Virus record (IMG/VR): IMGVR_UViG_3300020044_010179
Coordinates: 11,747 to 75,746 of that record
Strand: one strand, 5' to 3'
Source: a virus
Lineage: Duplodnaviria; Caudoviricetes
DNA length: 64,000 nucleotides
Each line of letters opens with the position of its first letter. Position 1 is the stretch's first letter. The notes under the pieces are model-generated. The model saw nothing but the letters and a program-made list of their open reading frames with translations. It searched no databases and was not told where the DNA came from. A program made the position numbers and the translations under genes. Of the stretch, positions 8,447 through 17,523 are shown piece after piece.

Positions 8447-9497
8447 CCTAGATAAACAATATATAGCTTTACTCCAAGATATATTAGATTACGGAGTTGA
8501 AAAACAAGACCGAACAGGTACAGGAACTAAAAGTATTTTTGGTTATACCATTCGTCATAATATGAAAGATGGTTTTCCATTGCTTACAACTAAGAAGATG
8601 CCATTCAGACTTATCGCAACAGAATTACTATGGTTCCTTCGTGGTGATACAAACATTAAGTTCCTGGTTGACAATAATTGTCATATTTGGGATGGTGATG
8701 CTTATAAGAATTATAAATTAAAACATAATTTTCAAATTAACCAAGGTATTGAGATTTTATCACAAGAAGAATTCATCAACAAAATCAAAACAGATGATGA
8801 GTTTGCTAAGAAGTGGGGTGAATTAGGACCAATTTATGGTAAGCAATGGAGAGATTGGGGAAGTAAAAAAAGATACGGTGACTATGAACCCCCAATGTAT
8901 GGTGGTATAGACCAAATCGCAAACCTAATCAACGACCTTAAAACAAACCCAGACTCAAGACGATTAATGGTTTCAGCTTGGAATGTAGGTGAATTGGACC
9001 AAATGGTTCTTCCACCTTGTCATTATGAATTTCAAGTTTATACAAGAGAGTTGAGTTTGGAAGAAAGATATGTAATGTATATTAAAAAATTAGACCATAC
9101 TATGGTTCCATTAGATATTAAAGTTCCTAATATTCATCAATATTTTACTGAACATAATATACCAACCAGAGCAATCTCTTTAATGTGGAATCAACGCTCA
9201 GCAGATACATTCTTAGGTTTACCATTCAATATCGCATCTTATGGACTACTACTTGAAATCATTGCTAAAGCAGTTAATATGGTACCCGATGAATTGATTG
9301 GTAATTTAGGTGATACACATTTGTATTTGGATCACATGGAACAAGCAAAAGAACAGATTGGTAGAACATCATTTGAATTACCAACAGTAAAATTATCTGA
9401 TAGAATTGTTAATGATATTTCGGAATATACTTTGGATGATATTATTTTAGAAAACTATCAAGCACACCCACATATTAAAGCACAATTATCAAATTAA
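8439..9497 (+). CDS. thyA: Thymidylate synthase
   Basis: DRTGTGT, FPLLTTKK, ELLWFLRG, LGPIYGKQWR, SRRLMVSAWN, LPPCH, QRSAD, GLPFNIASY, GDTHLY. Confidence 0.97.
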   Translation: MDNLDKQYIALLQDILDYGVEKQDRTGTGTKSIFGYTIRHNMKDGFPLLTTKKMPFRLIATELLWFLRGDTNIKFLVDNNCHIWDGDAYKNYKLKHNFQINQGIEILSQEEFINKIKTDDEFAKKWGELGPIYGKQWRDWGSKKRYGDYEPPMYGGIDQIANLINDLKTNPDSRRLMVSAWNVGELDQMVLPPCHYEFQVYTRELSLEERYVMYIKKLDHTMVPLDIKVPNIHQYFTEHNIPTRAISLMWNQRSADTFLGLPFNIASYGLLLEIIAKAVNMVPDELIGNLGDTHLYLDHMEQAKEQIGRTSFELPTVKLSDRIVNDISEYTLDDIILENYQAHPHIKAQLSN

Positions 9498-9608
9498 AAT
9501 TTATAAAAACAATGAAAAATATGAATAAAACAATATATCACTCAATCTTACATTTACTAGCGGGAATTACAATAGGTTATTTAATGTTTTCATAAAATTT
9601 AAAACAAT

Positions 9609-9839
9609 ATGTTTCAAGATACTAAAGGAAGACTACCTGAAAAGAAAATAGTAACAGTAGTTGTTTATAGAAAACCTACTGGAAAAAAATATTATCTATT
9701 AACAACGGAAGATTCAATAATTACTATATTGAATCCATCTAAACGTAAACCTCTTTTACCCGATAATTTTGAAATAATTGATATAGGAATGGGAGAATCG
9801 TACATTGAAAAATATAAAAAATTATACAAAATAAAATGA
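9609..9839 (+). CDS. Hypothetical protein
   Basis: 76 aa ORF. Confidence 0.55.
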   Translation: MFQDTKGRLPEKKIVTVVVYRKPTGKKYYLLTTEDSIITILNPSKRKPLLPDNFEIIDIGMGESYIEKYKKLYKIK

Positions 9840-10048
9840 AACCAGTATACATGCATGGAGAAAACGCCTACATTATTGTAGGGCAAAAACCTGTTAATCA
9901 TTTTGCTAAAACATTTGGAGACCACCCCAATATGGAGTATGTTCAAATGTATATGAATTGGTTAAAATGTGATCACGTGTTGAACAATCAAACACATTTT
10001 CTGTTTTGTGAAACAATAAAAGAAGCTGAATTAATAGAGGAAAATTAA
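9836..10048 (+). CDS. Hypothetical protein
   Basis: 70 aa ORF, ATGA overlap with the upstream gene. Confidence 0.55.
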   Translation: MKPVYMHGENAYIIVGQKPVNHFAKTFGDHPNMEYVQMYMNWLKCDHVLNNQTHFLFCETIKEAELIEEN

Positions 10049-10052
10049 AAAT

Positions 10053-10310
10053 ATGATATCACCACAATCAATCCGAAAAGGAGTTACAATTAAATTTGAC
10101 AATGTAGAAGTAGATAAAGCTACTATCATTAAAGCAAGTGAAGAATGGAAGGAAAGCCATGAAATTCTATTTAAAAAACTACTTAAACAAGGTGGTTCAT
10201 TTAAAATCAACGGTGTTTTAGTTGAAGTTAAACCTACAGACAAAATGTTAACATCTCGTGGTGAACAAGATGGTGGTGTGATTCAAGTTGATGCTTTTGC
10301 AAGATTTTAA
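10053..10310 (+). CDS. Hypothetical protein
   Basis: 85 aa ORF. Confidence 0.55.
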   Translation: MISPQSIRKGVTIKFDNVEVDKATIIKASEEWKESHEILFKKLLKQGGSFKINGVLVEVKPTDKMLTSRGEQDGGVIQVDAFARF

Positions 10311-10361
10311 GGACTAGATTTCTTAAAATATCTTTCGTATATTCCCATTAAATAAAAGGGA

Positions 10362-10571
10362 ATGAAATCAATATTAAATAAAAAATTAAGAGGCAAACCT
10401 GAACCGGAATTCATTATATTAAATGAACACGCTCAGGTTTACTGTGGCTTAAAAGGCGGCTATCCTCAATTTACCGATGACTTTAATGAAGCTAGATCCA
10501 TTGAAAGAGATGAACAGCTAAAAACGATTCAACGAGGGACTTTATTTAAATTAGAAAAAATACTTTTATAG
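10362..10571 (+). CDS. Early cassette hypothetical protein
   Basis: 69 aa ORF behind promoter repeat 10336. Confidence 0.6.
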   Translation: MKSILNKKLRGKPEPEFIILNEHAQVYCGLKGGYPQFTDDFNEARSIERDEQLKTIQRGTLFKLEKILL

Positions 10572-10633
10572 AGGGAATAAGAGATTTGAAAAGGAATTCG
10601 TATATTATAGTATAAATTTAAAAAAAGAAAGAT

Positions 10634-10807
10634 ATGTTTTGGTTTTTATTCGTGATCGTGTTATTATTTATTGGGTTTCTTTACAACGCTTTAGAATACC
10701 TACAGAAAATGTTTGAAGAGCTACGTGAACCAGATACTAGACATATAGGAGTTGGTAGATTGATTTCTGTTGTAATTGTATTCATAGCATTAGCAATGAT
10801 TTTTTAA
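10634..10807 (+). CDS. Small two-TM membrane protein (57 aa, not in ORF track)
   Basis: MFWFLFVIVLLFIGFLYNAL...LISVVIVFIALAMIF, behind promoter 10599 and A-rich leader. Confidence 0.6.
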   Translation: MFWFLFVIVLLFIGFLYNALEYLQKMFEELREPDTRHIGVGRLISVVIVFIALAMIF

Positions 10808-10873
10808 ATAAAGGAATAAGAGATATAAAATAGAATTCGTATATTGAAGTATAAATTAAAAAAAGAAAAAGTT

Positions 10874-11683
10874 ATGAAAATTCAAAAAAGAGAAATGAAA
10901 ACAGAGCGCAGAGGTCGTCCAAAAAAACAAGTTGAAATTGCAACATTCGATTCAACTCAAGTAAAATTACTTAGAGGTAATGATTTATCATTTAATGAAT
11001 CATTGTTTGTTCCTTTAAAAACGAATACTGAAATTGATTTAATTTTATCTACTGATGGTGGATTAATGCCAGGCATAAGCATAATGATTGCAGGAGGGCC
11101 AGGTTCAGGTAAATCAACGTTAGTGTTAGATATGTTATCTAAATTTACAATGCAAGGTTTAAAATGTTTGCTAGTACAAGGCGAAATGGATCAGATAGGT
11201 CATTACAAATACTGTCGAAGAATGCCTTCATTTGGTTGTATTCAAACATTGTTTTTAAAAGATCATATGGATGATATCAAAGAAACAGTTGAACATGTAT
11301 TTAATTTAGGATACGATGTAATAGGAATTGATTCAATTGCTGAAATTTTAGATATGTATAAAGATCAAAACGGAGGTACATCAAAACAAGCTGAATCTTG
11401 GTTTTTGAAGTTACAAGATGAAACGAAAAAAGGCGGTAACGCACAAGGATATTATACATCGTTCATCAACATCCAACAAATGACTAAATCAGATGAATTT
11501 GCAGGATCAAACCGATTAAAACACATGATGGAAGCATTTTGCAAAGTTGAACGTAGTAAAGATGGATTAGAGCGTTCATTGCACTTTGAAAAGAATCGTG
11601 ATTGCGACAAGGATTTTAAAGTGTTTTTTTCAATATATAAGGAAGGAGTACATTACTCGTTTGAACTAGAAAAAGAAGATTAA
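10874..11683 (+). CDS. RecA-superfamily (RadA/Sms-KaiC-like) ATPase with N-terminal AT-hook-like motif
   Basis: GGPGSGKST Walker A, IGIDS Walker B, AGSNRLKH and KNR C-terminal motifs as in RadA/Sms; RRGRPKK near the N-terminus. The start follows the AAAAGTTATG leader. Confidence 0.75.
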   Translation: MKIQKREMKTERRGRPKKQVEIATFDSTQVKLLRGNDLSFNESLFVPLKTNTEIDLILSTDGGLMPGISIMIAGGPGSGKSTLVLDMLSKFTMQGLKCLLVQGEMDQIGHYKYCRRMPSFGCIQTLFLKDHMDDIKETVEHVFNLGYDVIGIDSIAEILDMYKDQNGGTSKQAESWFLKLQDETKKGGNAQGYYTSFINIQQMTKSDEFAGSNRLKHMMEAFCKVERSKDGLERSLHFEKNRDCDKDFKVFFSIYKEGVHYSFELEKED

Positions 11684-11692
11684 TCAAGGAAT

Positions 11693-11712
11693 AGGGAGAG
11701 CAATCTCCCTTT
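11693..11712 (+). terminator. Terminator-like hairpin inside promoter spacer
   Basis: AGGGAGA-GCAA-TCTCCCT then TT, between GGAA and CGTATATT. Confidence 0.6.
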
Positions 11713-11743
11713 CGTATATTCAATTAAATAAAAAAGGAAAACT

Positions 11744-11863
11744 ATGAGCTGTTCAGGAGGAAAATCAACTAAAAAAGGCGGTTACAATAAAGCAGATAAT
11801 TTAAAAAAACCAACCGGATACACCGTTGATAAAAAAGGAAATGTTAAACCAAAATACAATTAA
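11744..11863 (+). CDS. Small basic Lys/Gly-rich peptide (39 aa, not in ORF track)
   Basis: MSCSGGKSTKKGGYNKADNLKKPTGYTVDKKGNVKPKYN directly behind promoter 11713. Confidence 0.5.
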   Translation: MSCSGGKSTKKGGYNKADNLKKPTGYTVDKKGNVKPKYN

Positions 11864-11873
11864 ATAAAAAACT

Positions 11874-12617
11874 ATGAAATACAAATTTATTCCAGTCGAT
11901 AACGACTTAAACAAAGCAATTGCATTTGCTAATTCGCTTGATCAAAACAATGTTATTAATGTTCAAAAAATTAAACAAAAGGAATTTTATATTCCAACAC
12001 TAGATGTAATTACAAAATTACAAGATAGTGGATGGCATTTAAAAGGCGTTGCTGAACAAAGAGGAAAAAATAGGAAAATATCAAATAACTTTATTCAACT
12101 ACAACATCCTGATTTTGCAATACAAAACAGTCAAGGTAAAAACGAAGCATTTACTTCAATTACACTATCAAATAGTTGTAACGGATCATCTCCACTACAA
12201 ATGGATTTAGGAACGTATCGTTTAGTATGCAGCAATGGAGCAATTGCGTTTGACGGATTTGAACAAAATAAAATTAAACATACTGAAGTTAATTATAGAG
12301 ATTTAGATCGTTTAGTTGCATCAATGAATGTTAGAGCAAGTAAATTATTAACTGATGTAAATGAAATGAAACATACAGGACTATCAATTGAAGATATGCG
12401 AAAATTAGCTCGCAACGCAGCTAGTTTAAGATATAGTAATTTAGATGAAATAAACATTGATGATTTATTTGCAGTTAGTAGAGTAGAGGATGAAAGTAAT
12501 GATTTATGGACTGTATTCAACAGAATTCAAGAAAACCTAACACATGATATTACAAACATGAAGGAAGATATCAAATTGAATCAACAACTGTTTGCATTAG
12601 CTGAAACATTTGCTTAA
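11874..12617 (+). CDS. DUF932-family protein (paralog 1)
   Basis: LSNSCNGSS...GTYRLVCSNG and LWTVFNRIQENL motifs. Confidence 0.75.
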   Translation: MKYKFIPVDNDLNKAIAFANSLDQNNVINVQKIKQKEFYIPTLDVITKLQDSGWHLKGVAEQRGKNRKISNNFIQLQHPDFAIQNSQGKNEAFTSITLSNSCNGSSPLQMDLGTYRLVCSNGAIAFDGFEQNKIKHTEVNYRDLDRLVASMNVRASKLLTDVNEMKHTGLSIEDMRKLARNAASLRYSNLDEINIDDLFAVSRVEDESNDLWTVFNRIQENLTHDITNMKEDIKLNQQLFALAETFA

Positions 12618-12671
12618 GGAATATTTTATGTAAAAAAGTTTTCGTATATTGAAGTATATAAAAAGAGAAAT

Positions 12672-12863
12672 ATGAATTTACATCCAGTTATACAAGAAAG
12701 CCAATTACCACAGGAAACTAAAGAATTCCTCCAATATCTATTGGAGGATGAATTTAACAGTGATTTTAATTTATTGCTAGAAAACATGATGGAACATGCT
12801 GTGGGTGATGAAGAATATGAATTAGCAGCAGAAATTAGAGATTATTTAAAAAAATACAAATGA
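12672..12863 (+). CDS. Small UVR (UvrB/UvrC motif) protein
   Basis: MEHAVGDEEYELAAEIRDYL is a textbook UVR motif. Confidence 0.7.
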   Translation: MNLHPVIQESQLPQETKEFLQYLLEDEFNSDFNLLLENMMEHAVGDEEYELAAEIRDYLKKYK

Positions 12864-13123
12864 CAGAAAAAGAAATACAATTACTCGGTTTTAAACGAGA
12901 AGATATGAATGATGGAGATTATTCTGGATATTACTATGCCTATAGAATAGCAAATGGATTTGAATTCCTATCAAATGCAAACGATGAAATAGGAGAAGGT
13001 GAGGAATGGTTTGTTGAATTTTTTAATTCAGACCCACAGATCCGTTTCGATGAATTTGGTGAAGTGCAAACATTGATTAATTTGATTGAAAAAAAAGTAG
13101 TAAAAAGGGAAGTGAAGGTATAA
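12860..13123 (+). CDS. Early hypothetical protein
   Basis: 87 aa ORF. Confidence 0.6.
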   Translation: MTEKEIQLLGFKREDMNDGDYSGYYYAYRIANGFEFLSNANDEIGEGEEWFVEFFNSDPQIRFDEFGEVQTLINLIEKKVVKREVKV

Positions 13124-13168
13124 AATAAATTTCGTATATTAAAGTAAATAAAAGAAAAAATAAAAGTT

Positions 13169-13504
13169 ATGGCTAAGAAAGAGAAAAATGTGATTGAAAG
13201 AAAGTTTATGAATATCAAAACGAAGTTTAAATCGGGTGATTTTGATATAGTGGAAATGGATGGTTTAACGTGTGATTTAATCGCTCATTTAGCCCAACTA
13301 ACATTAAACGGAGTAACTGAAGTTGAAGGTGTTCCAATTGATCTATACAAAGATAGAACTTGGTGGATTGTAGAAAACATTGGACTATTGCCTGAATATA
13401 GAGGACCTAAAGATGAAGAAGAAGAGGGTGAAATTGTAGATGATTACTACTCAAATGACGATGAAATTGAAGTAGAAATAGACGACAGCAAATTTTACCG
13501 GTAA
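13169..13504 (+). CDS. Early hypothetical protein with acidic C-tail
   Basis: 111 aa ORF behind promoter 13133 and AAAGTTATG leader. Confidence 0.65.
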   Translation: MAKKEKNVIERKFMNIKTKFKSGDFDIVEMDGLTCDLIAHLAQLTLNGVTEVEGVPIDLYKDRTWWIVENIGLLPEYRGPKDEEEEGEIVDDYYSNDDEIEVEIDDSKFYR

Positions 13505-13613
13505 ATTAATTTTAAAAGTAATGTACAGGAAATTAGGAGATTTAAAAAAGTTTTCGTATATTATAGTATAAGAAAAAGGATAAATAAGTTATAAATTAAA
13601 AAAAGAAAAAGTT

Positions 13614-14426
13614 ATGTTAGATTTAAGCAATCAAGAGTTTTTAAGTACAGAAGAAATTAAGCAACGCGCTTCATCAATCTTCTCAACAACAGCAGCACCT
13701 ACGGTGTCCGACAAGTTCACGCACATTCCAACGTTTAAAGTAATTGAGGATATGGCAAAATTAGGTTGGGATGTAGTAGATGCTAAACAAGTTAAAGCAC
13801 GTAAAGAGGAAACACGTGGTTTCCAAAAACACCTAGTAGTATTTCGTAACAACGATGTAGTAATTAATGGAGCAGACGGAGATACAGTTTTTCCACAAAT
13901 CCTATTAACAAATTCCAACGATGGAAAAAATGCATTTACATTCACAGCAGGTTTGTTTCGAATGGTATGTGAAAATGGTTTAGTTATTTCAACTGAGCAA
14001 TTCAATGATGTTAAAATGCGTCACATGGGATACACGTTTGAGGAATTGCAAGGTCAAATCAAAGAGATGGTTGAATTGTTACCATTAACTGTTGAATCAA
14101 TGAATAAAATGAAAGCAATTGAATTGAACGAAGATCAAACCAAAGCATTAGCTAAAAAAGCATTATCAACACGTTTCACAGAAGAGCAAGTTGAAGCATT
14201 TAAAATTGATATTGACAAATTACTAGAGCCAACACGACCTGAGGATAAAGGAAACGATTTATGGTCAGTGTTTAACGTAATACAAGAAAAAATATTAGAT
14301 GGTGATTTCACATACATAACAGGTGCTAAATCAAGAAAAGCACGTAAAGTGAAAAATTTCAAACAAGATATGGAAATTAACCAAAAATTATTTGCAATGG
14401 CCGCTGAATATACAGTTGCGGCCTAA
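13614..14426 (+). CDS. DUF932-family protein (paralog 2)
   Basis: LLTNSNDGK...AGLFRMVCENG, RPEDKGNDLWSVFNVIQEK. Confidence 0.8.
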   Translation: MLDLSNQEFLSTEEIKQRASSIFSTTAAPTVSDKFTHIPTFKVIEDMAKLGWDVVDAKQVKARKEETRGFQKHLVVFRNNDVVINGADGDTVFPQILLTNSNDGKNAFTFTAGLFRMVCENGLVISTEQFNDVKMRHMGYTFEELQGQIKEMVELLPLTVESMNKMKAIELNEDQTKALAKKALSTRFTEEQVEAFKIDIDKLLEPTRPEDKGNDLWSVFNVIQEKILDGDFTYITGAKSRKARKVKNFKQDMEINQKLFAMAAEYTVAA

Positions 14427-14428
14427 GC

Positions 14429-14517
14429 AACACAAAAGTAGATGACCATGAATATGAAACCAAATAAACTAAAAGCGCCCACAGTGGTACATGGATCAGG
14501 CGCTTTATCTACTTGTT
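14429..14517 (+). ncRNA. Candidate pseudoknotted structured RNA abutting a tRNA-like element
   Basis: AAGTAGAT/ATCTACTT, AAAGCGCC/GGCGCTTT and crossing CCATG/CATGG helices in an intergenic region. Confidence 0.5.
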
Positions 14518-14590
14518 AGTCAGGTGTACTTAAATGGAAAAGTACCTAACGCTTAATTAGGAAATGCAGGTTCGATTCCTGTCCTGACTA
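14518..14590 (+). tRNA. Atypical tRNA-like element, loop CGCTTAA (CTT, Lys-like; G at position 33)
   Basis: AGTCAGG/CCTGACT acceptor, TACT/AGTA D stem, CCTAA/TTAGG anticodon stem, GCAGG-TTCGATT-CCTGT T arm. Confidence 0.65.
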
Positions 14591-14619
14591 CAAAACTGCT
14601 TCATAACCAGTTTTCTTTC

Positions 14620-14649
14620 CCCACCTGATGCGGGTTCGGTGGGTTTTTT
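14620..14649 (+). terminator. Intrinsic terminator
   Basis: CCCACC...GGTGGG followed by TTTTTT. Confidence 0.7.
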
Positions 14650-14706
14650 AAATAAAGGAATAGTTGAAGCAAAAGAAATTTCGTATATTATAGTATAAAA
14701 AGGAAA

Positions 14707-14895
14707 ATGAAAGAAAATAAAAGTTTAGAATTAGGTACAATTTTATTTTTAATATTTTTAGTATTAAAATTAACAAACAACATTAGTTGGTCGTGGTGGT
14801 GGGTAACAGCCCCATTATGGATTCCAATTGCATCCATTATTTTAATAGTGGGGATTGCAGTATTAATTGGATTATTTTTTTACTTAAAAAAATGA
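14707..14895 (+). CDS. Small multi-TM membrane protein
   Basis: Hydrophobic 62 aa ORF with the LKLTNNISWSWWWVTAPLWIP motif common in phage small membrane proteins. Confidence 0.7.
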   Translation: MKENKSLELGTILFLIFLVLKLTNNISWSWWWVTAPLWIPIASIILIVGIAVLIGLFFYLKK

Positions 14896-15137
14896 ATAAC
14901 GTAACACCGAGAGTCAGAATACACAAAAATATCAATGAACTAATTGGACGTATAGCAAATAGTAATTGCTTTTCTACAATGAGAGGAAAATTCATTTATA
15001 TTAAAGACGATCGATGTTATTTTGAAATGGTAGCAAACGATGTTTACCCAAAATATAATTATTGTGCTGGTAAAATAGAGTATTTACTTGATCACATGGT
15101 AGCAACAATGAAATTTGAAGAAGATGAAAGCATTTAA
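14892..15137 (+). CDS. Early hypothetical protein
   Basis: ATG 14892 overlaps the upstream TGA; in frame with track ORF 14787. Confidence 0.55.
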   Translation: MNNVTPRVRIHKNINELIGRIANSNCFSTMRGKFIYIKDDRCYFEMVANDVYPKYNYCAGKIEYLLDHMVATMKFEEDESI

Positions 15138-15399
15138 CGCAGAAAATGATAAAGAATTTGGAATAGAAAGATTTTCAATGAAATTTGGCAATGGAAATGC
15201 TATTTCTGTTGTATTTGGAAAAGGAACATATTCCGATCAAGGAGAGACAACAGCTGAAGTAGCAGCTTGGAATAGTAAGGGTGATTGGATGTTATTTCAA
15301 AATGAAAAATGGATTACACTAGAGCAAGACCACGACGTTATGCCCAGATGCACACCTGGGGAAGTTGCTGAAATGATATTTACTTTAAGTAAACTTTAG
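15124..15399 (+). CDS. Early hypothetical protein
   Basis: FSMKFGNGNAISVVFG...AEVAAW beta-rich ORF. Confidence 0.6.
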   Translation: MKAFNAENDKEFGIERFSMKFGNGNAISVVFGKGTYSDQGETTAEVAAWNSKGDWMLFQNEKWITLEQDHDVMPRCTPGEVAEMIFTLSKL

Positions 15400-15462
15400 T
15401 GAAGGACAAGGATTATTGAAAGAGAATTCGTATATTATAGTATAAATAAAAAAATAAAGGTT

Positions 15463-16224
15463 ATGAAAGACACAGAAAATTTTAAAGATCCGAATCAATT
15501 GGATCTATTTGCAGGCATTGTATTAACTGTAGAACAGCAAAGTCAAGTTAATCGCAATATTGATAACATAAACCAAAGTACTAATTGGCAAAGAAATAAA
15601 GTACAACAAATTGAACAGTTGCTTGTTGAAGCAGGTTTTAAAAAGGGAATTGATTTCGAAAACACATTCAAATCATCCCTAGAAACAAGAAATATTAAAA
15701 TAGGATACGGAAGTGGACAATTTGAAACAGAGGTTACAGCTGAATTTCATTCAGGTGATGTTGTGTTGAAAGGTTTAAGATTTTTTGATGGTAAATTAAC
15801 AAATACTACATTTAATATTGATATTGATAACGATAAAGTTCAATGCTATACAGTTCAAGGTCACTCTCGTTATATTAAACCTAAAACATTACTTGAAAAA
15901 CTTAATCAACACAATGAATGTCAAAAAGATCGTTTAAAAGATTTTCAAAATAAAACAAATTTAAAACAAATTATAGTTGAAAAATATACCAAACTATACC
16001 CAAATGCTACAATAACAGTTAAAAGTGATTGGACAAAATATAGCGGCTCGTTTGAAGTTATTGAAGTTAAATTTGAATCAGGAAGTTACATTCAGTTTAG
16101 ATTAGATACATACAACAATAAAGAATATATATACAAGAAACACGATGCTGAGTTTGATAATTTAAATTCAGAGGAATTGTTAAATAGATTTTCAAAACAA
16201 ATAAAAAAGGAAGCTCTCAATTAA
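15463..16224 (+). CDS. Early hypothetical protein
   Basis: 253 aa ORF behind promoter 15429. Confidence 0.7.
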   Translation: MKDTENFKDPNQLDLFAGIVLTVEQQSQVNRNIDNINQSTNWQRNKVQQIEQLLVEAGFKKGIDFENTFKSSLETRNIKIGYGSGQFETEVTAEFHSGDVVLKGLRFFDGKLTNTTFNIDIDNDKVQCYTVQGHSRYIKPKTLLEKLNQHNECQKDRLKDFQNKTNLKQIIVEKYTKLYPNATITVKSDWTKYSGSFEVIEVKFESGSYIQFRLDTYNNKEYIYKKHDAEFDNLNSEELLNRFSKQIKKEALN

Positions 16225-16233
16225 GAGAGCTTT
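16211..16233 (+). terminator. Hairpin inside promoter spacer
   Basis: AAGCTCTC-AATTAA-GAGAGCTT. Confidence 0.6.
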
Positions 16234-16263
16234 CGTATATTACAGTAAATAAAAAAGAAAGTT

Positions 16264-16458
16264 ATGAAAGAAAATAGATTATCAAACAACAATTATGGGG
16301 TATTTTGTATTGCCGCTCAATTAGAACAAAACAATAGAGAATTAGATGTTTTATGGGACAAAGCACTTAAACTGTATGATGAATTTCAAAATAGTAAATT
16401 TAATAATCCCGAAGAATCGGAATTGGAATGTATCAATGAATTTTTAAATAAAAAATAA
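16264..16458 (+). CDS. Early hypothetical protein
   Basis: 64 aa ORF behind promoter 16234. Confidence 0.6.
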   Translation: MKENRLSNNNYGVFCIAAQLEQNNRELDVLWDKALKLYDEFQNSKFNNPEESELECINEFLNKK

Positions 16459-16677
16459 AGAAATGACAGAATTTGAAGAAAACAATCCAGAACAGTTAAA
16501 ATTATTTTTAACCAAGTTAAATGAATTAGTAGATGAATTCCCCCCAAACATTTATTTGTTAAATGGTGTATCAAGAGGATTTCAAACCATTGCAATTGCT
16601 ATTTTAGATGAATTAAATAAGGACAAAGAAATTTAAAAAAGATTTCGTATATTAATCGTATAAAAAGAAAAAAAGTT

Positions 16678-17523
16678 ATGAAAAAAAAGAATTTATTTCA
16701 AGCAGTAAAAACATTTGTCAATGACACACCAAGAGGTGAAACATTTACAACAAAAGAATTAATTGCAAGTGTAGGTAATCAAGAAGATTCAACACAGTGG
16801 AAAAGATGGAATAATAATCCAAATTATAGAACACACACATACAAGGCCTATTTAAAACGAACCGGATTTTTATCTAATCCAAAATATGGTGTATGGGAAG
16901 TTAAAAAACACATACCTGGTTTTGTTAATTTAGGTACAATTGAGTTTTTGGTTGGATATAAAAATTATAAGAATAAATACAATGGCTTAACTGAACAGCA
17001 AATAAAAGATAAAATAGAGGAATTCAATAAAAAACGAAATTGTGTTTGTGGAGAGTGTATTGGCTACATTGATGGAGAAACAACACAACAATTACTAGAG
17101 AATATTGGAATGGAAGGTCAAATGTTACGTCAATTAATTATGTCTCAGCCAATAAATGAAGTAAAATATTTAATAGAGGAACGAGAAGATTTAGAAAAAG
17201 TTCGTATATTGAATGAAATAAAAAAAGAAAAAGTTATGAAATTTGATTTTGAAAAAGGTAAACAGGAATTATTAGAATATTTTGAAATGGAATATTCACA
17301 AGCAACAATGTATTCACTAGATTATATTAAGTCATGTGATGATATGGATGATGTTGAAAGTGAAGTAAAATCGTTCAATTCCTTTAAGGAAGAACATAGT
17401 AAAAGGTTTACAAGAATCAATCGTGCCTCAACACTATCGTTAATATTTGAAGCGTTAGATGATACTAGTTTAGAGGATGACGATGAAAGAATTTTATCAT
17501 TTTTTATTGAAGGACTACAATGA
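16678..17523 (+). CDS. Early protein formed from two in-frame fused cassettes (internal start 17236)
   Basis: A complete promoter repeat plus AAAAAAGAAAAAGTTATG leader is embedded in frame at 17178-17238. Confidence 0.65.
   Translation: MKKKNLFQAVKTFVNDTPRGETFTTKELIASVGNQEDSTQWKRWNNNPNYRTHTYKAYLKRTGFLSNPKYGVWEVKKHIPGFVNLGTIEFLVGYKNYKNKYNGLTEQQIKDKIEEFNKKRNCVCGECIGYIDGETTQQLLENIGMEGQMLRQLIMSQPINEVKYLIEEREDLEKVRILNEIKKEKVMKFDFEKGKQELLEYFEMEYSQATMYSLDYIKSCDDMDDVESEVKSFNSFKEEHSKRFTRINRASTLSLIFEALDDTSLEDDDERILSFFIEGLQ

Noticed and set aside
8439-9497. Intron or intein in thyA (also considered for terminase and portal)
   Set aside because: ORFs are continuous and of normal size; the thyA insertions are short and lack splicing motifs
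14429-14517. Hammerhead, pistol or twister ribozyme
   Set aside because: GAAA and GUA are present, but CUGANGA with stem II is missing, and the conserved pistol and twister cores were not found
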